DNA of 64,000 nucleotides from Octopus sinensis (lineage: Eukaryota): positions 54,560,001-54,624,000 of the forward strand of contig NC_042997.1 in the NCBI RefSeq assembly GCF_006345805.1, read 5' to 3'. Shown here one piece after another: positions 52,861 to 64,000 of the stretch (positions within the stretch are counted from its first letter, which is position 1; each line of letters starts with the position of its first letter). Both the position numbers and the translations under genes were made by a program. The notes beneath the pieces are model-generated. The model worked only from the letters and a program-made list of their open reading frames with translations, had not been told where the DNA came from and made no database searches.

Positions 52861-53179
52861 TGTGGCTAAGCTGAAGGTTGAAGAATTCACAGTAATGCCA
52901 TAAATTGCTCTTTCTCCTCTTCCACAAACACTCTTCATAGTCTACATGATGATTTTACCTTTAATCAGGAAGGAAGATAGTGTCCATGACTCTTTTAAAG
53001 GCTTCCCAGAGTAGTGGGAGAGAGAGAGATAAGTACCCTCAAATCAATGATCTGACCTGAATGTTTGCAACTAAGTGGATACTGTCAAAGTTACGCAAGG
53101 TGCCATGAGGTAAAAATCTGGATGACAGATTAACTCTGCAAACCAAATAGGCCATGGTGATATTTGAACTCAGAATGCA

Positions 53180-53495
53180 TATCATCATCATCATCATCAT
53201 CATCGTTTAACGTCCGTTTTCCATGCTATCATGGGTTGGACGGTTCAACTGGGGTCTGGGAATCCAGAAGGCTGCACCAGGCCCAGTCTGATCTGGCAGT
53301 GTTTCTACAGCTGGATGCCCTTCCTAACGCCAACCACTCCGAGAGTGTAGTGGGTGCTTTTTATGTGCCACCTGCACAGGTGCCAGATGAGGCTGGCAAA
53401 TGGCCACGATCAGATGGTGCTTTTTAAGTGCCACCGGAACGGGGGCCAGACGAGGCTGGCAACGGCCACAATCGGATGGTGCTTTTTACGTACCA
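53180..53495 (-). mobile_element. RTE 3'-tail fragment with about three 60-bp subrepeats
   Basis: (cat)n cgtttaacgtccgttttcc... Confidence 0.85.
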
Positions 53496-53499
53496 CATG

Positions 53500-53533
<34 letters not shown>

Positions 53534-53537
53534 TGTA

Positions 53538-53569
<32 letters not shown>

Positions 53570-54109
53570 CGTATGCATACATGCATGTATTAATCAAAAT
53601 ATACAGTGTCATAGACCCATTACAGTTGATCTTAGCAATTAGTTTCACATTGGATATTAGGTAACTAGGCTGTTATCTAATAGACATGCTCTTCAAAGAT
53701 GGAAATAAAATTGTGATTCCTCTCTGGTATTGGAGGTGAGAAAGTATCACATCCAGTTTGTGGGTGCTGTGAAAGATAAAAAAAAAAGAAACAGAGTAAT
53801 GGAAGACAATCAAGAGATTTAACAAGAGTTATGTCCCTTGGCCCCCTAAATCTCATTGAGCTTGCTGTAATGCAGCAAGTTTCAAGTGAGTAAATGTATG
53901 TTGGAGGGGTTGAAGGGACTGGTGTGTGTGTAGGCTTGATATGTATGTAGGTAGGTAGTTTTTTTTTTGAGAGAGAGAATTGTGTGGGTGCTTGAACCTT
54001 TAATCCCATGTTTGGGTGCATATGCATATATATTTTCATGTGTGCATAATTTGGCCAAAACTTTGCAACATTCTCAGTATGCAATGACAGGACCAATGGT
54101 AGAGACCCT

Positions 54110-55027
54110 AGTGTTTATAACCTTGTAGAGGCCTGAAGGTAGACCATCATGTACATTCTATCATCTGGTCATGGGCTGAACATCTTGTTCCTGCAGTTTA
54201 AGTAGATATCAAGGTGATAAGAATTTTTTAACAATTTTTTTTCAGCAAGGCATAATCTGCATTTTCTGCTACTATTAAAATAAGGCTTGCATTTTTCCAT
54301 GATTTTTCACTTTATGTTGTAATCCATTGTATTTCCTTTCTATGACCATATATTCCTAGCTAGGGCTGTGACAGTGTAACTCTCCTAGATATTAAAGGAG
54401 GACTCATAGTCAAAGCATCTGGTCCTGAAAGAACCTTCAGAAAATTCTGCTCATACTTCAGTACCCATAAACTTCTGCATGTTTGACTGCTTGTTGGGGT
54501 CCTTTGATATTACTTCTGCCTCATACATGACTATCTCCATGTTGCAGTTGCTGTTAAGGGGACGTGTGGTGTTACCTCTGCTTGAGCATTCTGCTTCTAT
54601 TTCAGGTGTGGGCCTACCTACTAACATTTTCTTTTACATTAGGCACACAGCTAAAAGAAACTCTTAAAAATTTTATGAAGACTATTCATATTGAAGAAAG
54701 TATTCATCCACTAAGCTGAGGAAGACATTACCCATACAAGTTTTTGTGCTTAAGGAAAAGAAGGGTCTGGACTACATTTTCTTGGCGGTGCTTGGATAAG
54801 GCATGTAACTAATGATATCCTTAAAACTGCTGACAGCTAGATCCTTGTTTTAGTATGGAACAGCAACATTGAAAATCTCTTTACAAGAGGACATGCTGGA
54901 GATCCTTCTGCTGAACCTCTTCACTAAGTTCCTGGTCACTGTGGCTGAATGACAGGAAGCTGTGTTAATATATGGTAGCCGGTCATTTGGTTTCCTAAAG
55001 GATTTTATGTAGTGGATTCCAAGTTCA

Positions 55028-55030
<3 letters not shown>
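54110..55030 (-). mobile_element. Penelope-like element remnant (RT thumb, linker and GIY-YIG)
   Basis: KSFRKPNDRLPYINTASCHS...RRISSMSSCKEIFNVAVPY; GNVFLSLVDEYF; SCVPNV; RPLNSNC...+MYEAEV; KCKPY...KCRLCLAEK. These are colinear with the PLE consensus, with many stops. Confidence 0.8.
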
Positions 55031-55068
<38 letters not shown>

Positions 55069-55951
55069 CCCACACACATATTTTAATATTTGCTTTTATG
55101 TGAAGTTATATATAAAAACAATTTATTTTTAAATTGAAGGATCACTCAACACATCAGCTGTGAGCTAATGAAGGCAATTACATAACTCCAATTCATTTAT
55201 TAATTAATATTACACTTTTTATTGACCTTCTTAGTAGGTAATATGCTGTCAAATAGCATAGATACATCAATTAATGCTCAAATCAAATTTGTGCCTAAAC
55301 TCCAACTTTTAATGCAATTCTAAATGCATGTAGCTGCCAAAATAAAGACGAGCTATAGGCAATGTATCAGTCAAGCTTGTGCATGTATAACAGAACATAA
55401 GAGTAGACAAGCAAACAGCAGGTATTAGAGCAGATCATAGCATATCTATACAACATATAAGAAAAGTAAATGTATAAAGGAGTATAAATCACAGGAGGTC
55501 AGTAAAAGTTCCACTATGGGATGTTCTTAATAAATGCAATGTAAACAGGTGGAAGTTAAGTCTTGTGGTATTGACATGACAAAATTTTGTAGGTAAAATA
55601 AAGTCATCACAAGTAAAACATGAAAGACAAGACAAAATAGTGTATAGGTAGTCCCTTACAGCTGTTTCAAGAATAGTTGCATGATTGGCATAGTTCTCTG
55701 CATACTGCCTGCATCCAACATTTTTGTTGCAATCTATTCTGAAGATGGAATAGTTTCTATTTACCAAATCCACTTCACAAGGCTTTGGTTGGCCTTGAGC
55801 TATAGAAGAAGATACATACTCAAAGTGTCAAATAGTGGGTCTGAACCTGAGGCTATCCAAGTGGGAAGCAAGTATCAACCACTCAGTAACACCTCCATCA
55901 ATGTGTGTATATATGTATATATACATACATATATATATGTGTGTGTTATTG

Positions 55952-56003
<52 letters not shown>

Positions 56004-56004
<1 letters not shown>

Positions 56005-57233
56005 CAGGTCATTAAGAATGAAATGTTCGATTTTCTTATGCAGCAGGTTTGACAGTCGTTAACTCTAATGTTTTATCCTGACAATTTTTTTGTTTTATAA
56101 CATTGAGGAGTTACATCATCACTTTTCAAAATGCAATTCATGGTGTCTGATCATATTGTGAGTTTTCTCTTGTAAATCAATTTTTGTGAACCCATGGATA
56201 GATCAAGAATTTGTGTTGTTTATGAATATGAGTTCTGTCATGGAACCAATGCATCCGAGACATCTCGAAACATCAATGAGATGATTGTTGAAGATGTGGC
56301 GAATGAACACACTGTACATTGATAGTTTGAGAAGTTCCAGTCTGGTGACTTTACTCTTGAAAATCAGCTCTGTGGTAGACATGAGATCAAGGTGGATAAT
56401 GATGAGCTGGAAACTGTAGTGGAAGCGGATGCATCTCAAACTATGCATGAGTTAGCAGCAAGGTTTGATGTTTTGATTCCAACTGTATTGGACCATCTGA
56501 AATAAATCAGCAAGGCAAAGAAGCTGGACAAGTGGGTACCACGTGAACTGAACAAGCATCAAAAGACATGTCATTTTGAAACTTGTTGTTCTTTACTGTC
56601 ATGGCATAAAAGCAAGCCATTTTTGCATCATATTGTTACATATGATGAAAAATGAATTCTTTTCAACAATAGAGATGAAGTGCCAAAACAGAATATTCAC
56701 AAAAAAAGCTAATGGTGTCTGTTTAGTGCTGGCGTCATCCACTACAGCTTCATGAGACCTGGTAAGTCAATTACAGAGGATGTATGTATTGACCAATTGG
56801 ATGAAATGATGAGTGAACTTGCAGTTAAATCACCGAGATTGGTCAATAGAGTTAGGCCAATTCTCTTGTAAGACAATGCACAACTTCATGTTGCACAAAG
56901 AACGCTACTCGAGTTACAGGAATTGAACTTGGAAGTACTCTGTCAGCCATCATATTCATCAAACCTTGCACCAACTATCACATTTTCCAGGCATTAGACA
57001 ACTTTTTGCAAGGAAAAAACTTCAAATCTGAAGAAGATGCAAAAACAGCCTTTCGTGATTTCATCACCTCTTGCTCTCCAAAGTTCTTTGCTGCCAGCAT
57101 AAATAAGCTACTGATAAAATGGCAAAATTGTGTTGATAATCTAGGTGCATATGTTATCAGCGCATTGCTTTTTGTTGAGATAAAGTAAAATAAACTTTCA
57201 GTTCAAAATCAGACATGTCATTCTTAATGACTT

Positions 57234-57234
<1 letters not shown>
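56004..57234 (+). mobile_element. Full-length degenerate mariner (second family) inserted in (TA)n
   Basis: TIRs caggtcattaagaatgaaatgttcgatttt and aaaatcagacatgtcattcttaatgacttt. Transposase from ATG 56194: MDRSRICVVYEYEFCHGTNASETSRNIN...KKLDKWVPREL...QGKNFKSEEDAKTAF. Confidence 0.9.
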
Positions 57235-57264
<30 letters not shown>

Positions 57265-58616
57265 TATATATATATAGTATATATATATATATATATAGTA
57301 TATATATATATATATATAGTATATATATATATGTATGAGAGAAGCCTAACATCTATTGCTGTTTTTAAAGGTTTTAATTTTGTTTTATAAGGAGGGATGT
57401 AAGTGAAAGTTGTTTTAATTACATGTATGAAGATTGTGTTTTGGTGCTGTTCAAAGTTACTAATTTTTATATGTCCCACGTGGAAGATGTTTTTAAGATC
57501 CTTATTTGTAAAAAAGACTAATGTGTCTTGGTGTGAGGTGTCTATATTTCATGTGTATGTGGGATGTCATCTGCATAAGAGTGCATGTGTGATTAAAAGA
57601 AACAACAGGTAGGTCACTAGTGTTGAGAAGAAAAAAATGTGGGAGATAAAAATAGACCTCGATTTACTAAAGTTACTGGAATGTGTACTGGAGCATGCCA
57701 TTAAAGCACACAGCATTGTAGTAGTCTGATAGGAAACTTCTGATCCAAGAGATGAAAGACAGCTGAAGCACAAAGCTGGATAAATTAACAAGAAGCTTCT
57801 CATGCCAGACACTTTGAAGGTTTTACTGATGTCAAAGACACATCATTACTTTACCCAAAGTTTTCAATGTCAAGGAATCTCATAGTCACTGGAAGACATC
57901 TAAGAGGAAAGAGAGATTCAGAATCAGAAAGTAAGTATATATATTTTTTTCAGACAGTTCCAGTATGATATCTTCTTCATGAAGCATATTTTCAGTAGCC
58001 TGGACAGAACTACCAAGAATGGAATTGAGTAACCTGATGTATTTTGTCATCCATTCCTTATGCCATTAAGATCTTTTATTGATTATGTGGCTTTTTTTAA
58101 TCATTTAAGTGATACATTCCTAATCTAAAATGTGACATTAACTGATGACCAGATATATGACACAGTTATTAAATGATATCACATGAATAACTGCTTAGTC
58201 CATGCCTTCTCCTCCTCCTCCTCCATGATATACACACACGCATACATACATACATGCGTGCATACATACATACATACATACATACATACATACATACATA
58301 CATACATACATACATACATACATACATACATACATGTAAATAGATATAGATGTAAATATACATGAGCATACATATATCAATACACACATGTATGTGTGTG
58401 TATGGGTCTAATGATCTAATTAAGTCATTGTAATGATTCTGGTATAATTTGCTGCAAAAATTTACAGCACTTACTAGAGTAGGATGTAAATTAAAGATGC
58501 TATTATTGTCAACCAATCCATATCATTTGACAAATACTGTTTTATCCTTTAAAAGCTTAAAAAAAATTAGGGCTTGTTCATAGATCTGGTTTTGATAACG
58601 TTAAAGATACTAAAAA

Positions 58617-58666
58617 TAATTATAATAATAATAATGAAATTATTGTATACAGTGCTCAGGTGCACC
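58617..58666 (-). mobile_element. Isolated CR1 3'-terminal stem-loop plus (TTA)n tail
   Basis: ataataataatgaaattattgtatacagtgctcaggtgcacc is identical to the CR1 3' end at about 8488-8529. Confidence 0.9.
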
Positions 58667-59189
58667 GTACCATGAAATTGGATGCCAGTCCTATTTCATG
58701 GTATGACTGGTATTTCGAAATGATATTGTACATCTTCATTCTCCTCCTCCATATTATCCCTGTGATCATAATTTTACTTCTGCTTTTCTGTTGGATGGCT
58801 GTGTTCTTATTTGGAGTCACTGCTGTTCTAGATGAACTGGAAGCCATGACTCACTCATAAACTCAGTTCTGCAAGTTTTCTACGGTTGGATGCCCTTCCT
58901 ATTGCCATCCACTTTTCAGAGTATGTTGAATACATTTTATTGTGGTACTTGCACTTAGGAAGTTGTCATAATCTCAACAATACTAAAGAGTACTGTTTGT
59001 TCACCAACCAATTTACAGAGTTTACAGGGTTCAATTACTTATTTCAGATAACTAGGTGAACTGAAGCAATGTAGAGTACAGTGTATTCTATTTAGAAAAA
59101 ATGACAAGATAATCTCTGTAGATTTAAATAGACAACCTTTTAGTTGTAGTTTAATATTGATTTTAAATTTTGGCACAAGATTAGAAGGT

Positions 59190-59375
59190 TTTTGAAGGCA
59201 CTAAGTCAATTACATCGATACCAGTGCTCAACTGGTACTTATTTTTTTGATCCCAAAAGGATGAAAGGCAAAGTAGACCTTGGCAGAATTTGAACGCAGA
59301 ACATAAAGATGGACGAGAAGTCACTAAGCATTCTGCCCAGTGTTCTAATGATTCTGTCAGCTCATCACCTTACTG
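59190..59375 (-). mobile_element. SINE family B
   Basis: ggtacttattt...ggatgaaaggcaaagtagaccttggcagaatttgaac. Confidence 0.7.
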
Positions 59376-59969
59376 TAGTATAATATTATTTTACATCTAC
59401 AAAAACCTACAAGTCCAAGTGACTATGAATAGCTAATAAGGTTGATATTGAAGTACAACTCACACTTGTGGGTAGTACTGAAGACACAAAATACTATACA
59501 TACACTTCATTGATTATTTGCAGACTGAGCTGAAATACTCTCATAGGGTTGGATAAAGCAACAAGGAATCACTTTACTTTACTTTTCACATAATCACTCT
59601 ATACTAGCAAAATCATCAGTGGTTCCCAAACAAGCCAAAGTACTATGATGTAGAAAAGTGACAGTCTGCAGGAAATAAGGTATTCAAGTATATATGCTTC
59701 TAATTTATCAAGGGAAAAGATCAGGTGATGAAAATTCTACATACGTCACACACATACACACGCACGCACACATACACACACACATCACACATACACATAC
59801 ATATACAGGCAGGCATAAATACATACTTATATAGGTGTGGGCTATGTGGTAAGAAGTTTACTTCCTAACCACATGATACTAGGTTCTGTTCAACTTTAGT
59901 TGGACCAAAGCTTTGTGAGTAGATTTGGTAGATGGAAACTTAAAGAAATTTATATATATATATATATAT

Positions 59970-62290
59970 ATCATCATCATCATCATTATAATCGTTTAGC
60001 GTCCGCTTTCCATGCTAGCATGGGTTGGACAGTTCATCTGGGGCCTGGGAAGCCAGAAGGCTGCACCAGGCCCAGTCTGATCTGGCAATGTTTCTAAGGC
60101 TGGATGCCCTTCCTAACGCCAACCACTCCATGAGTGTAGTGGGTGCTTTTTACGTGCCTCCGGCACAGGTGCCAGACGAGTCTGGCAAACGGCCATGATC
60201 GGATGGTGCTTTTTAAGTGCCACTGGCGCAGGGGCGAGGCGAGGCTGGCAACGGCCACGAACAGATGGTGCTTTTTATGTGCCACCGGCATGGGGAACAG
60301 GCGAGGCTGGTAACAGCCACGAATGGATGGTGCTTTTTATGTGTCACCGGCACGGGGCCAGGCGAGGCTGGCAACAGCCATGAATGGATGGTGCTTTTTA
60401 CGTGCCACCGGCACGAGGCCAGTCAGAGTGGCGCTGGCAACGGCCACATTTGGATGATTCTCTTACGTGCCACCGGTACTGGTATCTCAGCTGCAATTTC
60501 CATTGATCGATTTCAATTTTGATTCTCACTTGCCTCAAGAGGTCTTCACAAGTAGAGTTTTGTGTCCCAAGAAGGGAAGGTATGCATAAGTGGACTGGCT
60601 ACATCCCGTGTAGAAGGCCACGGGTTATGGTCTCACTTGTCCTGCCGGGTCTTCTCATGCACAGCATACATCCAGAGGTCTCGGTCTCTAGTCATTTCCT
60701 CAGTGTGACCTAAAGTTCAAAGGTCGTGCTTCACCACCTCGTCCCAGGTTTTCCTGGGTCTGCCTCTACCACAGGTTCCCTCAACCGCTAGGGTGTGGCA
60801 CTTTTTCACACAACTATCTTCATCAATTCTCGCCACATGACCATACCGGTGCAAACGTCTCTCTTGCACACCACATCTGATGCTTCTTAGGTCCAGCTTT
60901 TCTCTCAAGGTACTTACACTCTGTCGAGTATGAACACTGACATTACACATCCATCGGAGCATACTGGCTTCATTTCTTGCGAGCTTATGCATATCCTCAG
61001 CAGTCACAGCCCATGTTTCACTGCCATGTAGCATGGCTGTTCGTACACACGCGTCATACAGTCTGCCTTTTACTCTAAGCGAGAGGCCTTTTGTCATCAG
61101 CAGAGGTAAGAGCTCTCTGAACTTTACTCAAGCTATTCTTACTCTAGCAGTTACACTTTCAGCACACCTGCCCCCGCTACTGACTTGGTCACCTAGGTAA
61201 CGGAAGCTATCAACTATTTCTACTTTTTCTCCCTGGAAAGTGGCAGAAGTTGGTCTCAGAGCATTTTCAGTGTTTATTGCTCCTGAGCACCTGCCACATA
61301 CAAAAACTATCTTCCTAGTTAGCCTTCCTTTGACATTGCTGCACTTCTTATGTGTCCATAGCTTACACTTGGTGCATCTTATAGAGTTTCTACCTACACC
61401 TTTTCTACAGATCGAACAGGGCCATCTACCTGAAGGCGTTTGTGATTTGTCTACCTTCCTACTTATTAGGACTTTGGTTTTAGCTAGATTGACTCTAAGG
61501 CCCTTCGATTCTAATCCTTGCTTCCACACCTGAAACTTCTCCTCCAGTTCTGATAGTGATTCAGCAATTAGAGCAAGGTCATCAGCATAGAGGAGCTCCC
61601 AGGGGCATCCTGTCTTGAATTCCTCCATTATTGCCTGAGGACTATGATAAATAGGAGGGGGCTGAGGACTGAGCCTTGGTGGATCCTACCTCTACCCGGA
61701 ATTCTTCACTGTACTCATTGCCAACCCTCACCTTACTAGCAGCGTCCCTGTACATGGATCGCACAGCTCTCACTAACCATTCATCTATCCCTAGTTTCCT
61801 CATTGACCACCAGATAAGGGATCGGGGGACCCTGTCGAAGGCTTTATCCATGTCAACAATAGCCAGGTACAGGGGCTTATCTTTGGCTAGGTATTTCTCT
61901 TGCAGCTGCCTTACCAGGAATATAGCATCAGTGGTACTTTTCCCTGGCACGAACCCAAACTGCATCTCATCTAAACTAACTCTCTCTCTAATTAGTTGGG
62001 CTATGACCCTCTCTGTAACCTTCATTACCTGATCCAACAGCTTGATACCTCTGTAATTATTTGTATCTAGGGTGTCACCTTTACCTTTGTAGCAGTTGAC
62101 TATTATGCTGCTACACCAGTCATTGGATATGACTCCTTCGTGTATCACCTGATTAACTATACGGGTGACCAGGCTATAGCCGACACTACCAGATATTTTG
62201 AGCATCTCTGCAGTGATTCCTGATGGGCCTGGAGCTTTCCCTGTCTTCATGCTTCTAATTGCCTTAACTACCAAGGAACTGTCATCGAAC
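59970..62290 (-). mobile_element. 5'-truncated RTE-clade LINE (about 2.3 kb): RT domain with frameshifts, 3' UTR and (GAT)n tail
   Basis: ORFs 61642-62442, 61128-61628 and 60717-61097 include KAPGPSG, NYRGIKLL, QFGFVPGKSTTDAIF, DMDKAFDRV, LLYADDL and GRGRPRKTW. Confidence 0.95.
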
Positions 62291-62457
62291 ATACATACAC
62301 AAGAAGTGTGTGTTGTTATTTCATGGGTCGGCTGTATTTTAGGTTTAAGAGAATATTTTTTCACTGTACCTAGTGTTAAAAACAACCGAAAGTAAGTCAG
62401 AAGCCAGTGAAACAACTCACATAAGTTCCCTTTTTGGACCAACAGACAATGATGTTT

Positions 62458-62494
<37 letters not shown>

Positions 62495-62504
62495 GTATAT
62501 ATAT

Positions 62505-63122
62505 GACCTTTGAACTTTAGGCCTCATCGAGGCAATGACTAGTGACTAAGACTTTGGGAAATATGCTGTGCTTGAGAAGACCCGGCAAGCCAAATGAGAG
62601 CATAACCTCGTGGCCTATGCCAGGGGCATAACCAGCCCACTTGTGCATACTTTTCCTTCTTTGAACACTAAACTCTGCTTGCGAAGACCTGTTGAGGCAA
62701 GTGAAATCGAAATAAAATTTGATGACTGGCATCCGTGCTAGTGGGGCGCTAAGAGCACCATCCGAGCATGATTGTTGACAGAGTGGCCAACTGGCTTCTG
62801 TGCCGGTGGCATGTAAAAGGCAACATTCGAGCGTGATCGTTACTAGCATCGCCTTACTGGCACTAGTGCTGGTGGCACATGAAAGAACATTTGAGCAAGG
62901 CTGTTGCCAATACACCCTCCCTGGCCCCTGTGCTGGTGGCACGTAAAAGCACCCACTACACTCTCAGAGTGATTGGTGTTAGGAAGGGCATCCAACTGTA
63001 GAAACTCTGTCAGATCGAGATTGGAGCCTGGTGCAGCCATCTGGTTCGCCAGTCCTCAGTCAAATCGTCCAACCCATGCTAGCATAGAAAGCGGATGTTA
63101 AATGATGATGATGATGATGATA
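62505..63122 (+). mobile_element. RTE 3' UTR fragment
   Basis: Begins gacctttgaactttagg (end of ORF2), is the reverse complement of about 59970-60725, and has a (tga)n tail. Confidence 0.88.
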
Positions 63123-63489
63123 TATAAAAATATATCGTAACATATAATTGCCAACTATGTGTGGCGTCATATATAGGACAGTGCTACTGACGTTTATAGC
63201 CCCAGGAACACATCTCTTCCAGCTGGTTAATGACACATTCTATGTCCGATTATTATTTGCAAGAGGAAGTCATTGCTCCCATCCCTAACCTTTTGTGATA
63301 CACATGGACTCAAGTGTCTGGGTGATTACTTGTCCTTAGCATGTGTTAATCACGAGTTAGTGATGAAACTCACTCCACTCACAAAATACTATATGCTTTT
63401 TCGAGCAACAAAATGCAACCGACCCATGAACTAACAACACAAACATCTTGTGTATGTGTGTTCGATTTTGTTTATATATATATATTCGA

Positions 63490-63745
63490 GTATGATCGTT
63501 ACCAGCGTTGCCTTACTGACACTTGTGCCGGTGGCACATGAAAAAACATTTGAGCGAGGTCGTTGCCAGTGCCGCTGAACTGGCTCCTGTGTAGGTGGCA
63601 CATAAAAAACACCATTTGAGCGTGGCCGTTGCCAGTACCACCTGACTGGCCCTCGCGCTGGTGGCACGTAAAAGCACCCACTACACTCTCAGAGTGGTTG
63701 GCATTAGGAAGAGCATCCAGCCTTAGAAACATTGCCAGATCAGAT
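63490..63745 (-). mobile_element. Partial RTE 3'-UTR fragment
   Basis: The RTE 3'-UTR subrepeats and aaagcacccactacactctc...ccagatcag read in the same sense as the 62505-63122 copy, so this fragment may be on +. The strand call is uncertain. Confidence 0.6.
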
Positions 63746-64000
63746 AATGTGTAGTCTTATCCATGGACTCTGTACTTCTGGTCAAGGTTCCTATTTTTGA
63801 GTTGGTAATTTCGCTACCAGAGCACATCCTCTGCAGTCTTTTACTATGTTTTTACTTCCTTGTCCATCTTCGGCCAATACACATAACAGTGCAAAAGCAC
63901 TTTCATCCATGCAATCCCTGAATGTCCAATATGGAATTCTTTCAACATTCTTTTTTGTAGAGTGTCTGGTATCACAACCCTTTGGCCATACATCAGTACA

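Noticed and set aside
60125-60480. CRISPR-like array of ~60-bp units
   Set aside because: The units are degenerate tandem repeats with no unique spacers, inside a LINE UTR in eukaryotic DNA with no cas genes.

Overview
This is AT-rich, repeat-dense animal genomic DNA. The SINE, RTE and microsatellite repertoire suggests a cephalopod, probably Octopus (inference from recalled repeat families, not checked). The one securely identified gene is glycerate kinase (GLYCTK, + strand), of which the last three coding exons lie here (9556-9704, 10550-10725, 15721-16592); its 5' exon(s) were not found. The last exon has a -1 frame discontinuity at 16344-16362, on a T-TTA-AAA heptamer. The rest is mostly mobile DNA: RTE LINE pieces and many RTE 3'-tail copies, a CR1-type LINE, an RLE-type LINE end, two Penelope-like remnants, several Tc1/mariner elements, non-autonomous Helitrons, two tRNA-derived SINE families, fold-back elements and long microsatellites. 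The most notable observations are (i) the GLYCTK frameshift, (ii) a tRNA-Phe 3' half fused to a CR1 3' stem-loop tail, (iii) inverted RTE tails bracketing one GLYCTK exon, (iv) a locally templated duplication at a SINE junction, (v) a Ulp1-like protease motif next to a GIY-YIG remnant, and (vi) candidate unidentified exons on the - strand. Repeat boundaries were read by eye and are approximate unless a terminal motif is quoted.
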